DNA from: Carcharhinus amblyrhynchos
Taxonomy: Eukaryota
Direction: 5' to 3'
Length of the DNA stretch: 64,000 bases
Assembly (NCBI GenBank): GCA_965287045.1
Contig: OZ336870.1
Location: 101,432,001-101,496,000 of the forward strand
Positions 63,957 through 64,000 of this stretch are shown one piece after another. Both the position numbers and the translations under genes were made by a program. The notes beneath the pieces are model-generated. The model searched no databases and had not been told where the DNA came from. It saw only the letters and a list, made by a program, of their open reading frames with translations. Each line of letters opens with the position of its first letter. The first letter of the stretch is position 1.

Positions 63957-64000
63957 CAAGTATATATCACCCTTCATCCTAAACAGGAGATAATGCATCT

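Overview
Eukaryotic (vertebrate) genomic DNA, most likely an elasmobranch (shark/ray), judged from the repeat content: HE1/V-SINE-like and Deu-domain SacSINE1-like SINEs, dense CR1 LINEs ending in TTCTTATG repeats, and Penelope-like elements. The one real gene is LCORL (ligand-dependent nuclear receptor corepressor-like) on the + strand. Six coding exons (human exons 2-7) splice through canonical AG/GT sites into one open frame that carries the CtBP-binding PLDLT/VLDLS motifs and pipsqueak-type HTH domains. Exon 1 lies upstream of the window. A repeat-free putative 3'UTR follows the stop codon. Most of the remaining sequence is transposon debris. I found no convincing new multi-gene system. 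The most unusual signals are: (1) two independent local inverted duplications (537 bp with 1 mismatch; ~147 bp at ~88%), each pasted ~1.2-1.4 kb downstream into a CR1 fossil; (2) decayed hammerhead ribozyme motifs in Penelope termini; (3) in-frame alternative splice acceptors in LCORL; (4) a young CR1 whose 5' truncation falls almost at the homologous position of the old CR1 it landed in; (5) no PALI2-type long exon in 21 kb downstream of the stop. All homology calls are from recalled family sequences, not database searches, and repeat boundaries are approximate.
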